From the IMG/VR virus record IMGVR_UViG_3300037465_000339: a stretch of 44,723 nt of DNA; one strand, given 5' to 3'. The position numbers and the translations under genes were made by a program. Positions 1 through 8,575 of this stretch are shown piece by piece; position 1 is the stretch's first letter; each line of letters opens with the position of its first letter. The notes beneath the pieces are model-generated. The model searched no databases. It was not told where the DNA came from and worked only from the letters and a program-made list of their open reading frames with translations. Source of the stretch: a virus.

Positions 1-127
1 GCAGCGTGCAGCACAGGCAGCTCTGGATCTGGTCAGGATCTACTGGCCTGATTCGGCCCGGACTGATTGGACGGTCACGACCGTGCCAGTTGGCAACAGC
101 AGCAACTAGCAGCTAAGATTTGTGCAG
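1..127. repeat. Terminal direct duplication, copy 1 (identical to 44597-44723)
   Basis: Base-by-base comparison shows 1-127 equals 44597-44723. Bases 1-109 duplicate the 3' end, including the TAG stop, of the CDS 44529-44705. Confidence 0.97.
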
Positions 128-188
128 CGTGACAGTGTGCAAAATTCAGCGATTTGTGGATTTTGCACGTTGTTGCACTGCACAAATC
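117..188. repeat. Nested inverted repeats (cruciform or operator-like element)
   Basis: Outer arms GATTTGTGCAG (117-127) and CTGCACAAATC (178-188) are 11 bp and perfect. Inner arms GTGCAAAAT (137-145) and ATTTTGCAC (160-168) are 9 bp and perfect. GATTTGTG also recurs directly at 117 and 151. Confidence 0.8.
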
Positions 189-367
189 CTCCTGCCAGAA
201 CCAATCTCTTCGTTCAGCGTTATCTCGTGGTTAATGTTGCAGAGGTGACTCATCCAGGCTCGCTTCGCTCGCTGGGAAAAGCACGAAAAACCAATCCAGG
301 CTCGCAAGCGATCGGGCGCAAAAGCGGCGCCCTCGCTCGCAAAACCAAGAAACTGCACACCTTGGAC

Positions 368-404
368 GGAATTAGCAGCATGAAGCAAAGGCGCTGCTAA
401 TTCC
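368..404 (+). promoter_or_regulatory. Perfect 12-bp stem-loop downstream of the GC-rich cassette; possible weak terminator or processing site
   Basis: GGAATTAGCAGC (368-379) pairs with GCTGCTAATTCC (393-404) around a 13-nt loop. Only GTTT follows, so the U-tract is poor. Confidence 0.35.
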
Positions 405-620
405 GTTTACACCAAGAAAAAGCAAGTCAAAACCAAGAAGATGCAAACCAATCTCGGATTGACGGGAGAGCATTTTTTTGAGGCTTGGAACGCTGAACTC
501 CTACAAGGCACTCAAACAAATTTTCTAAAGTCAATCTATTTTTCCCTACTTCCTACTTCCTTCTTCTTCAATCATACTATAGATAGTGAAGGATTGCGCC
601 GCAAAGGAGAAAGCACCATA

Positions 621-1205
621 ATGGCATCAAGAGAAAAGATTCGAGAACTGTTAGGCTTAGGACTTCCGAACAATGTAGTTGCACAAGCTGTTGGTGTAAC
701 GGAAGGATATATTTCACAACTTCTTGCCGAAGAAGATTTTCGGCGCGAGGTTCATAATCTTCGCCTTCAAAATCTTACAGAACTTTCTGAAAGAGACAAA
801 AAGTGGAATACTCTAGAAGATCAACTTCTCCAGAAACTTGAAGATCTTCTTCCTTTTGGTTTTGTAAAACCAATGGAAGTTCTTAAAGCTCTTCAGATTA
901 TTAATGGTGCAAAGAGGCGCGCGATGAATATGGAAGTTCCGGCGCAGGCACCACAGCAACTTGTGCCTCTAGTGCTTCCTACTGTTTTCGCGCCCAAGTT
1001 TGTTCTTAATGGAGACAATCAAGTAATTGAAGTTGATGGAAGAACAATTGCTACCATTAGTGCTAAAGCTGTAAATGAAAAACTGGCAAATCCTGATCCA
1101 GCGGCAATAAATCAAAAACTCATTCAAGAAGATGAAAATAGAGCACTCCAACGTCTTGATCGTCTTAAGAAACTGGAAACTCTTCCAGTGCATGAACTTT
1201 TGTGA
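621..1205 (+). CDS. terS: Small terminase subunit (putative)
   Basis: ATG 621 is preceded by AAAGGAGA (603-610). The N-terminus has an HTH-like segment, NNVVAQAVGVTEGYISQLL. The gene sits directly upstream of terL, and its stop overlaps the terL GTG start (GTGA). The longer ORF-track start at 441 has no SD. Confidence 0.6.
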   Translation: MASREKIRELLGLGLPNNVVAQAVGVTEGYISQLLAEEDFRREVHNLRLQNLTELSERDKKWNTLEDQLLQKLEDLLPFGFVKPMEVLKALQIINGAKRRAMNMEVPAQAPQQLVPLVLPTVFAPKFVLNGDNQVIEVDGRTIATISAKAVNEKLANPDPAAINQKLIQEDENRALQRLDRLKKLETLPVHELL

Positions 1206-2680
1206 ATGCTCCAGCCTACGATAGAGATCAAGCTATAGATGCAGCAAAGAAAGATCTTAATTTTCTTGCTGGTCTTTCAGCGCCAGATGTATTTCGCTAT
1301 CTTTTTCCTCCAATTTTACTTGCTATTTGGAATCTTCTTGTCGAAGCTGTTCAAAAGCCAACTGGATTTCTTCAACTTGCAATAGGACTTCCGCGCGGAT
1401 TTGCTAAAACTTTCTTCCTTAAAATTTACTGTATTTATTGTATTCTTTTCACCGATCGCAACTTTATTCTCATTGTTTGTAACACAGAGCAGCTTGCAAT
1501 GAATTTTATTGCAGATGTTTGTGATATCCTTGATTCTGCAAACATTAAAGTTCTCTTTGGTGATTGGCGATTAGCAATTGAGAAGGATACACAAAGTCTT
1601 AAAAAGTTTGGTTTTCGTGGAAGAGATATAACTATAGCTGGTGTAGGTGTAGGAACTTCCCTTCGCGGCTTAAATCTTAAGTTTCGGCGCCCTGATCTCA
1701 TCATCATGGATGATATGCAGTCGCGCGAAGATGCTGAAAACCAGCTTATTGCTGACAAACAGTTAGTTTGGCTTATGGGAACGCTTATTAAAGCACGAAA
1801 TTATGAGCGTTGTCTTGCTATTTTCGTTGGAAATCTTTATCCCTTTAATGGAAGCATCTTAAAAAAGCTTAAATACAACCCTAAATGGGTTTCTTTTATT
1901 TGTGGAGGTATTCTTTCTGATGGAAAAAGTCTTTGGGAAGAACTTCGTCCAGTAAAAGATCTCTTAGATGAACTTGAAAATGATATAGCTATGGGACATC
2001 CTGAGATTTTCTATTCAGAAGTTCTTAATGATGAAGAAGCTGGAACTGCTAGTGGTGTAGATGTAGGAAAAATTCCATCTTATCCAATTCATCTTGATTC
2101 TGTAGAACCTCAAGGTGGATTTATTATTATAGATCCTGCTAGTGGAAAGAAACGAGGAAATGATGTAGCTATTGGAATGTTTTTTCTCTATGATGGAATT
2201 CCAGTATTGCGTAAACTTGAACTAGGAAAATTTAATCCAGGAGATACAATTCAAAAATCACTTCTCCTTGCAGTAAAACATAATGTTCAAGTAATTGCTG
2301 TAGAAACAAACGCATATCAATATACTCTTCTTTATTGGTTTGACTATTTTTGCACACAACTTAAGATTACTGGAATCAATCTTTGTGAACTTAATAGCAA
2401 TAGTTATGCTAAAAATGCTAAAATCAAAGATGCTATTGCCGATCTTCTTAAAGGAAAGATACTTATTCATCCTGAAGTAAGAAGTCAAGTAGTTACACAG
2501 ATTGTTCATTGGAATCCTCTACGTCAAAACAATGAAGATGATGTGCTCGATTTGCTTGGTTGGTGTTATCGTTGTATTGAACAACATGGTCATCTTATGG
2601 AGATTTCGGGATCAGTAAATATTACTACTGATGTTCTTCCACCTGCTTTTGATCAAGCAGTTACGCCTCTTCCGTTTTGA
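1202..2680 (+). CDS. terL: Large terminase subunit (ATPase plus nuclease)
   Basis: 492 aa. Walker A-like GLPRGFAKT and Walker B-like PDLIIMDD are present. RNaseH-like nuclease acidic motifs are present (IIIDPASG, AVETNAYQ, NEDDVLD). Confidence 0.9.
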   Translation: MNAPAYDRDQAIDAAKKDLNFLAGLSAPDVFRYLFPPILLAIWNLLVEAVQKPTGFLQLAIGLPRGFAKTFFLKIYCIYCILFTDRNFILIVCNTEQLAMNFIADVCDILDSANIKVLFGDWRLAIEKDTQSLKKFGFRGRDITIAGVGVGTSLRGLNLKFRRPDLIIMDDMQSREDAENQLIADKQLVWLMGTLIKARNYERCLAIFVGNLYPFNGSILKKLKYNPKWVSFICGGILSDGKSLWEELRPVKDLLDELENDIAMGHPEIFYSEVLNDEEAGTASGVDVGKIPSYPIHLDSVEPQGGFIIIDPASGKKRGNDVAIGMFFLYDGIPVLRKLELGKFNPGDTIQKSLLLAVKHNVQVIAVETNAYQYTLLYWFDYFCTQLKITGINLCELNSNSYAKNAKIKDAIADLLKGKILIHPEVRSQVVTQIVHWNPLRQNNEDDVLDLLGWCYRCIEQHGHLMEISGSVNITTDVLPPAFDQAVTPLPF

Positions 2681-2695
2681 TTAAGGAAATTCAAA

Positions 2696-4591
2696 ATGAC
2701 AGTTCCATCAACCCCTGTATCTATATCTCCACAACAACAACAAGCTATTGTAAAATATGTAGAAAATTGTGTAACATCTCTCGGAACGATGTGGAATCTT
2801 CGAGAGCAATTTCTCATCAAAGATCTTTATTACTATCGAGAACTTGATAATTCTGTAGAACAGCAAAAAGCTTTAGCAGCTAACAGAGCAGGAGACCCCT
2901 ATAAGCTTCAAAATCTCACTGTTCCAGTAATTCTTCCACAAGTAGAATCTGCTCTTGCATATCTTTCTGGCGTATTTTTAACTGGTTATCCAATTTTTGG
3001 TATAGTTTCTGATCCTAAAAATGCAGATGTGGCGCTGCAAATGGAAACTATCATTGCAGATAATAGCATTAAATATGGATGGCCGCGCCAGTTAATTATG
3101 GTTCTCCGAGAAGGACTTAAATATAATTTCGGAGCAGTTGAAGTTACGTGGAAAAAGCAACGTGTTCCTTCAATTGTTAATGATCCGGTAGCAAATCTTA
3201 AAGAAGGAACGCCACAAACTGAAATTTATTATGAAGGAAATTGTATTAAACGTCTTGATCCATATAATCTTATTTGGGATAGACGAGTAGATCCTGCAAA
3301 AGTTCATCTTGAAGGTGAATTTGCAGGATATACAGAATTGATGAATCGTATTCAGCTTAAGCAACTTTTCCTAAATCTTAATAGTCAATATACTATGAAT
3401 GGAAAAGAAGCTTTTGAAACTGGACAACCATCTATTACACTTAATGGCAGTGATGATTGGTATTATATTCCTCAAGTAAATCCTCTTTCATTTATTGGCG
3501 CCTCCCCATATCCAACTACAAATTGGCTTTCTTGGGCAATGATTGATGGAAAGACTCAGGGAATTGAATACAATAATATGTATGAAGTTACTACACTTTA
3601 TGGTAGAATCATTCCCCAAGACTTCAAACTTAATGTTCCTCGGCGCAATCAACCACAAATCTGGAAATTTATTGTTGTCAATCGTCAAACAGTAATTTTT
3701 GTAGAACGTCAAACTAACGCCCATAACTATCTACCAATTCTTATTTGCCAACCCACTGAAGATGGACTTGGTTATCAATCGAAGAGTTTTCTTGAAGTTG
3801 CTATGCCATTCCAATCTATGAGCACATCTCTTTGGAATGCAACTATTGAATCAAAGAGGCGCCAAGTTTTTGATCGCCTTCTTTATGATTCTTCAAGAAT
3901 TAGAAAAGAAGATATTGATAAAGTAACATCTGTCGCACGCATTCCAGTTAAGCAATCTGCTTACGGTAAATCCATTGCTGAAGCTGTTTATCATTTTCCT
4001 TATAATGATAGTAACATCGCAGATACTCTTCAAATGGCGCAGGCAATCAGTGAAATGGCAGATGTAGCAAATGGACAGAATCGTGTTGATCGTGGACAGT
4101 TTCAGAAAGGAAATAAAACAAGAACAGAATTCATGACAGTAATGGGAAATAGCAGTAATCGACAACAACTTCAAGCTCTTATGCTTGAATATCAACTTTT
4201 TACCCCACTTAAAGAAATCCTTAAACTCAATATTCTTCAATATCAACCAACCTCAGAATATTACAACATAGATCAAAAACGAATAGTTAAAATTAATCCT
4301 GTAGATATTCGAAAAACAGCTATTCAATTCAAAGTTTCTGATGGAATGCTCCCAACAGAAAAACTTCTTTCCAGCGAACTTCTTCAAGTATTCATGCAAA
4401 CTCTTCAAACATCGCCTCTTATGCAAGCAGAATTTGACATTGTTGCTGCTTTTTCTTATTGGTGCAAGATGCAAGGAGCGCAATGGTTTGAAGATTTCCG
4501 GCGCTCGCCAGAGCAGAGAGATAAGATTCTCGCACAACTTTCTGCTTTTGAAAATCCTCGTCAACCTCCACAGAACCAAGAAGGAACTTGA
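2696..4591 (+). CDS. Portal protein (putative)
   Basis: 631 aa immediately after terL, with an AAGGAA SD 7 nt upstream. The call rests on size and position only. Confidence 0.7.
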   Translation: MTVPSTPVSISPQQQQAIVKYVENCVTSLGTMWNLREQFLIKDLYYYRELDNSVEQQKALAANRAGDPYKLQNLTVPVILPQVESALAYLSGVFLTGYPIFGIVSDPKNADVALQMETIIADNSIKYGWPRQLIMVLREGLKYNFGAVEVTWKKQRVPSIVNDPVANLKEGTPQTEIYYEGNCIKRLDPYNLIWDRRVDPAKVHLEGEFAGYTELMNRIQLKQLFLNLNSQYTMNGKEAFETGQPSITLNGSDDWYYIPQVNPLSFIGASPYPTTNWLSWAMIDGKTQGIEYNNMYEVTTLYGRIIPQDFKLNVPRRNQPQIWKFIVVNRQTVIFVERQTNAHNYLPILICQPTEDGLGYQSKSFLEVAMPFQSMSTSLWNATIESKRRQVFDRLLYDSSRIRKEDIDKVTSVARIPVKQSAYGKSIAEAVYHFPYNDSNIADTLQMAQAISEMADVANGQNRVDRGQFQKGNKTRTEFMTVMGNSSNRQQLQALMLEYQLFTPLKEILKLNILQYQPTSEYYNIDQKRIVKINPVDIRKTAIQFKVSDGMLPTEKLLSSELLQVFMQTLQTSPLMQAEFDIVAAFSYWCKMQGAQWFEDFRRSPEQRDKILAQLSAFENPRQPPQNQEGT

Positions 4592-4848
4592 TGCCGATAC
4601 CGAGAACAACTAGTCTTACAGCATTTGATTTTACAGAACAGGAAATGAAACAAGCAACAACTATTCCTGAACTTACTCTTATGCTGATACAAACTCTTGC
4701 AGCAGAAGCTTTGCTTAAACGACTCTCTTTGAAAGTTGATCTTACAAAGAGTCGAGATGAAGCAGTTACGGAGTTCATTCAACAGGAAGCTGCTCTTAAA
4801 GGCGAACAAGAAGCCTACGAGCACTTAATTTTTCTCGCAAGGAAATAA
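4591..4848 (+). CDS. Hypothetical head-module protein
   Basis: ATG 4591 overlaps the portal TGA (TGATG). 85 aa, helical and charged. Confidence 0.45.
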   Translation: MPIPRTTSLTAFDFTEQEMKQATTIPELTLMLIQTLAAEALLKRLSLKVDLTKSRDEAVTEFIQQEAALKGEQEAYEHLIFLARK

Positions 4849-4850
4849 AT

Positions 4851-5624
4851 ATGGCTACACCAAATACTTTTAGCATTTCAAATATGTTTCGCACGGCGCC
4901 GCCTACTGTTCCAGGCAGCAGTGGTGTTCCAAATAAGCAAATTAATCCTGGTGCTGATCCTGCAAATTCTCCTGATCCAAAAGGAGGAACTACTACACTT
5001 AATCCGGCTGATCCTAATTCATTAAGTGGAAGTGTTGACCCGCTAGATGCTTTCAAGGATATGTTTACAATTACGGAAGATGATCAGAAAAAGAGGGCAC
5101 CAGATCCTTTTGCTGATCCGCTTCTAAATTTTGATGTAAAGAAATTTGGTGAAGCTTCTGGAAAAATGGATTTCTTAAAAGGTGTTTCTCCAGAAGTAAT
5201 TACAAAAGCATTAGGTGGAGACGTTCAAGCTTTCTCTGCTGTAGTAAATCGCGCAGTTCAAAGTAGCTTTGTTGCTTCAGCTCAGGTATTTTCAGGTATT
5301 CTTGAGCAAGCGATTAAAAAGAATAATGGTCGGTGGGATTCTAGTCTCTCTGATCGTTTTAATAAGTTGCAACTTAGTTCATTGCGACCTGAAAATCCTG
5401 CTCTTCAACACCCTGCTGCACAACCCATGCTTGAAGCAATTAAAAGCACTATTGCTTCTAAAGATCCAACTCTTCGTCCTGATGAAGTTGCTAAGAAAGC
5501 AGAAGAATATCTTGGAACTTTTGCTGAAGCTTTCCTTAATAAAGGAAAAAGTGGAAAATCCCAAGAAGATCTTAACAACCCAGGAGAAATTGATTGGTCG
5601 GCTTTTCTTAATCTTAACAAATAG
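4851..5624 (+). CDS. Scaffolding protein (putative)
   Basis: 257 aa between portal and capsid genes. It has a Pro/Ala/Gly-rich N-terminus and a helical charged C-terminus, with an AAGGAA SD. Confidence 0.5.
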   Translation: MATPNTFSISNMFRTAPPTVPGSSGVPNKQINPGADPANSPDPKGGTTTLNPADPNSLSGSVDPLDAFKDMFTITEDDQKKRAPDPFADPLLNFDVKKFGEASGKMDFLKGVSPEVITKALGGDVQAFSAVVNRAVQSSFVASAQVFSGILEQAIKKNNGRWDSSLSDRFNKLQLSSLRPENPALQHPAAQPMLEAIKSTIASKDPTLRPDEVAKKAEEYLGTFAEAFLNKGKSGKSQEDLNNPGEIDWSAFLNLNK

Positions 5625-5632
5625 GAGATAGT

Positions 5633-6283
5633 ATGTTTGTTCGTGCACAAGTATTTTCAAATGGTTTGGCGCAGCCAGCAACTCCTGGACAGCCAGTGCT
5701 TTCGCAGCTTATTCCAGCTACGAATACCACTGCCGGTTCAGCAACGCTAACTGCTGACCAAATTCTTAGTGGGCATCTTCAGCGTTCTGGGCCTGCGGCT
5801 GGTTTTACTGATACTTGGCCTTCCGCAGATTCTATTGTCAGCGCCATGCTTGCTGCTGGTCTTGGCCCGCAAGTTGGAGATCAATTTCGATTGATCTACC
5901 AAAATACAGTAGCATTTGCAATGACGTATGCGGCAGGAACAGGTATCGTTACTGGCACCGGCACCTTAAACTGCGCAGCAAGTTCAACTCGTATTTACTT
6001 CCATACGCTCCTTGCTACTAAGCCTGGAACGATTTTGGTAGGAAATACAGTTAATTCTGGTGATACTCTCACTGGTTTTACAGCAGCTCAAATTGCTACT
6101 GTGATGCCAGGAATGGGAGTTTCTGGCACCGGTATTGCTGCCAGCTCTTACATTATTGGTGTAAATCCAGATACAGGTGTAATTACACTGAATTCTGGCG
6201 GCGTAACAGCAGATGGTAGTAATATTGCTCTTACGTTCTTCCCAAGAATTCGGCTTGATTCCATCGGTGTTCTTGCTGCTTAA
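5633..6283 (+). CDS. Hypothetical head-module protein (decoration or capsid-associated?)
   Basis: 216 aa, AGGAG SD at 5623-5627, Gly/Thr/Ala-rich. It lies directly upstream of the major capsid gene. Confidence 0.45.
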   Translation: MFVRAQVFSNGLAQPATPGQPVLSQLIPATNTTAGSATLTADQILSGHLQRSGPAAGFTDTWPSADSIVSAMLAAGLGPQVGDQFRLIYQNTVAFAMTYAAGTGIVTGTGTLNCAASSTRIYFHTLLATKPGTILVGNTVNSGDTLTGFTAAQIATVMPGMGVSGTGIAASSYIIGVNPDTGVITLNSGGVTADGSNIALTFFPRIRLDSIGVLAA

Positions 6284-6298
6284 ATTTAGGAGATAATT

Positions 6299-7513
6299 AT
6301 GCCTGCTGTTACTGGAGTATTTAATACTGGTCAGATCACGCAAGATCTTGCGAAAAAGTCATTCGCAGCGATGATCACGCGGCTAATGCCAAACGGAACT
6401 GCACCTTTGTTTGGTCTTACTGCGATGTTGAAAGAAGAAACTGCTTATCAATTTGAACACGGCTACTTTAGCAAGACGATGATTTTCCCGTCTATGCAAG
6501 TATCTTCCGCTGGTCAAACTGATGCAGATACTACGTTTACTGTAGCTTCTACTACCAACGTGCTTCCTGGCATGATTATGAGAGTAGATACTACGAATGA
6601 AAACGTATTGGTAACTGCTGTAAATAGTTCCACTAGTGTTAATGTCCAACGCGCTGTTGGCACTGTTGCTGCTGCTGCAATTGGTGCAAACGTTAATTTG
6701 TGGATGGTTGGTAATGCATTTGAAGAAGCTTCACTGCGCCCACAAAGCATGGTGATTGTGCCTTCTAGAATTACCAATTACACACAGATTTTCCGTAATA
6801 CTTGGGCGCTGAGCAAAACAACTGGAGCAACTTCTGTTATTGCTGGAAGTGGAAATATTGCTGAAAGCAGACAGGACTGCGCCGCGTTCCATGCTGCGGA
6901 CATTGAAAAAGCACTGTTCTTTGGCCAGAAATTTCTTGGAAGCAGAAATGGTCAACCATTCCATACAATGGATGGTCTCATTTCCGTTGTAACTTCCAAT
7001 GCTTCTGGAAATATTACGACTCTTGGTTCTACTACGAACTGGACGCAACTTGAAACTGCATTGGATCCTGCATTTAATCAAATGACTGATCCAAAAGTTC
7101 CAAATATGCGTTTGCTTTTTGTAGGTGGCCCTGCGCGCAGAGTTATTCATAACATTTGCAGACTTAATAGCACTTACTTCATTCAGGGAAGTGAAACTGA
7201 GTGGGGGCTGCAATTTGATACTTTGAAAACTCCGCGTGGAACCTTTAACATTATTGAACATCCACTCTTTAATGCTTTTGGTTCAACCTCTACTTGGGCA
7301 AAAATGGCTATTGGCGTTGATCTTGCAACTTTCAATCTTGCGTATCTCCAAGGTCGCAAAACTGAAAATGCTGAATTTAACGTTAGTGGTCAACAAGTTG
7401 ATAATGGAATTGATGCGGTTGGTGGAACTCTTACAACGGAGACTACCTGCCTTGTCAAAAATCCTGCTGCAAACGTAATTCTTTACAATTTTACTGCTGC
7501 TGCTGCTGGTTAA
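6299..7513 (+). CDS. Major capsid protein (putative)
   Basis: 404 aa with an AGGAG SD. It follows the scaffold gene and is followed by the strongest intrinsic terminator in the window. Confidence 0.75.
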   Translation: MPAVTGVFNTGQITQDLAKKSFAAMITRLMPNGTAPLFGLTAMLKEETAYQFEHGYFSKTMIFPSMQVSSAGQTDADTTFTVASTTNVLPGMIMRVDTTNENVLVTAVNSSTSVNVQRAVGTVAAAAIGANVNLWMVGNAFEEASLRPQSMVIVPSRITNYTQIFRNTWALSKTTGATSVIAGSGNIAESRQDCAAFHAADIEKALFFGQKFLGSRNGQPFHTMDGLISVVTSNASGNITTLGSTTNWTQLETALDPAFNQMTDPKVPNMRLLFVGGPARRVIHNICRLNSTYFIQGSETEWGLQFDTLKTPRGTFNIIEHPLFNAFGSTSTWAKMAIGVDLATFNLAYLQGRKTENAEFNVSGQQVDNGIDAVGGTLTTETTCLVKNPAANVILYNFTAAAAG

Positions 7514-7523
7514 GTTGTGCGAT

Positions 7524-7554
7524 GGGAGAAGTAAAAACTTCTCCCATTTTTTTT
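7524..7554 (+). terminator. Rho-independent terminator after the capsid gene
   Basis: GGGAGAAGT (7524-7532), loop AAAA, ACTTCTCCC (7537-7545), then A plus T8 (7546-7554). Confidence 0.9.
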
Positions 7555-7576
7555 CTAACCTCTGGAGGTAAAATTC

Positions 7577-7948
7577 ATGAAAACTTTTTTCCATCGCGTT
7601 CCCGGCGCTCGTTTCATTCTTCCTGATGGCAAAGATGTATGTTTTATAGATGGTTCTTTCTCTACTTTGGATGAAAAAATCATTGACGAACTTAATAAAG
7701 TTGCCAACGTTCCTTCTTCAATGATTTATACTACAAAAGAACCAATAAAAAGTCTTGAAGAAACTGAAGTTCAAGCTGATCTTCTTTCTTCTGCAACTCA
7801 AGCTTTTGATGGAGATAAAAAAATTGTAGGTGGAGCTACTACAGTTCCAATTCCTGTAAAAGCGCCGGATAAACCAACACTTGCAGAATTACAAGCAGCA
7901 AAAATTGCTGCGGTTCGTTCAGCAATTGGTAAATCTGCAAAGGAATAA
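7577..7948 (+). CDS. Hypothetical virion-module protein
   Basis: 123 aa, GGAGG SD at 7563-7567. Confidence 0.45.
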   Translation: MKTFFHRVPGARFILPDGKDVCFIDGSFSTLDEKIIDELNKVANVPSSMIYTTKEPIKSLEETEVQADLLSSATQAFDGDKKIVGGATTVPIPVKAPDKPTLAELQAAKIAAVRSAIGKSAKE

Positions 7949-7951
7949 AAA

Positions 7952-8572
7952 ATGTCTTTGTTTAGTGATACGGTGGATAAAGTTTACACCTTCACTAATC
8001 GTTCTGATTTGGTGGCGGAAACAGCTTTGGCAGTTCGTCAAGCTACTCTTTCCGCCCATCGATCAGATTTCTATCCGCGAGATCTTACCGAAATTCAATT
8101 AACTCTTACTCCTGATTCTATTTTTCAACTTGATATTCCAACATATTTTCCAAGTTGGCGAAATTTTGCTTACATTCGCCCATATGATACAACATCACAA
8201 ACTCCAGCCCCATTTCTTCTATCCTTTTTAGCACCTGATGCAATTTTTGATGAATATCTTGTTGAAAAAGTAAACGTAGCTTATGTAGCTGGAACAAATC
8301 TTAACATCAAGCTCCAAGGAGATTATGGCGGTTTCTTAGTTGGTTATTATAAGAATCCTGTTCTTTCTCCTGATAGTAGCTATGACTCTTGGATTGCATC
8401 TGATCACGATGCAATCATAGTGCTTGATGCTGCAATTAAGATTTTCGGAATGATTGGATATGAAGAAGCTGCCGCAAGATTACGCAGACTTCTTTATGAT
8501 CCTGGGCCTGAAGGTGCACCCTCTGAATTTAATCGTTTCCGCGCGGCTGCTCTTGAAGCAGCAGGAAGATAA
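7952..8572 (+). CDS. Hypothetical virion protein (adaptor or tail-proximal by position)
   Basis: 206 aa with an AAGGAA SD. It lies between the head genes and the fibre gene. Confidence 0.4.
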   Translation: MSLFSDTVDKVYTFTNRSDLVAETALAVRQATLSAHRSDFYPRDLTEIQLTLTPDSIFQLDIPTYFPSWRNFAYIRPYDTTSQTPAPFLLSFLAPDAIFDEYLVEKVNVAYVAGTNLNIKLQGDYGGFLVGYYKNPVLSPDSSYDSWIASDHDAIIVLDAAIKIFGMIGYEEAAARLRRLLYDPGPEGAPSEFNRFRAAALEAAGR

Positions 8573-8575
8573 ATC

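Noticed and set aside
122-400. A 92-aa plus-strand ORF (and the antisense 80-aa ORF) in the region upstream of terS
   Set aside because: It has a GTG start with no SD and an odd, low-complexity basic composition. It spans the inverted and direct repeats and the 12-bp hairpin, so it reads better as non-coding.
441-620. The N-terminal 60-codon extension of the terS ORF (ORF-track start at 441)
   Set aside because: There is no SD at 441 and the extension is hydrophobic and low-complexity. A strong AAAGGAGA SD precedes ATG 621, where the HTH-like domain begins.
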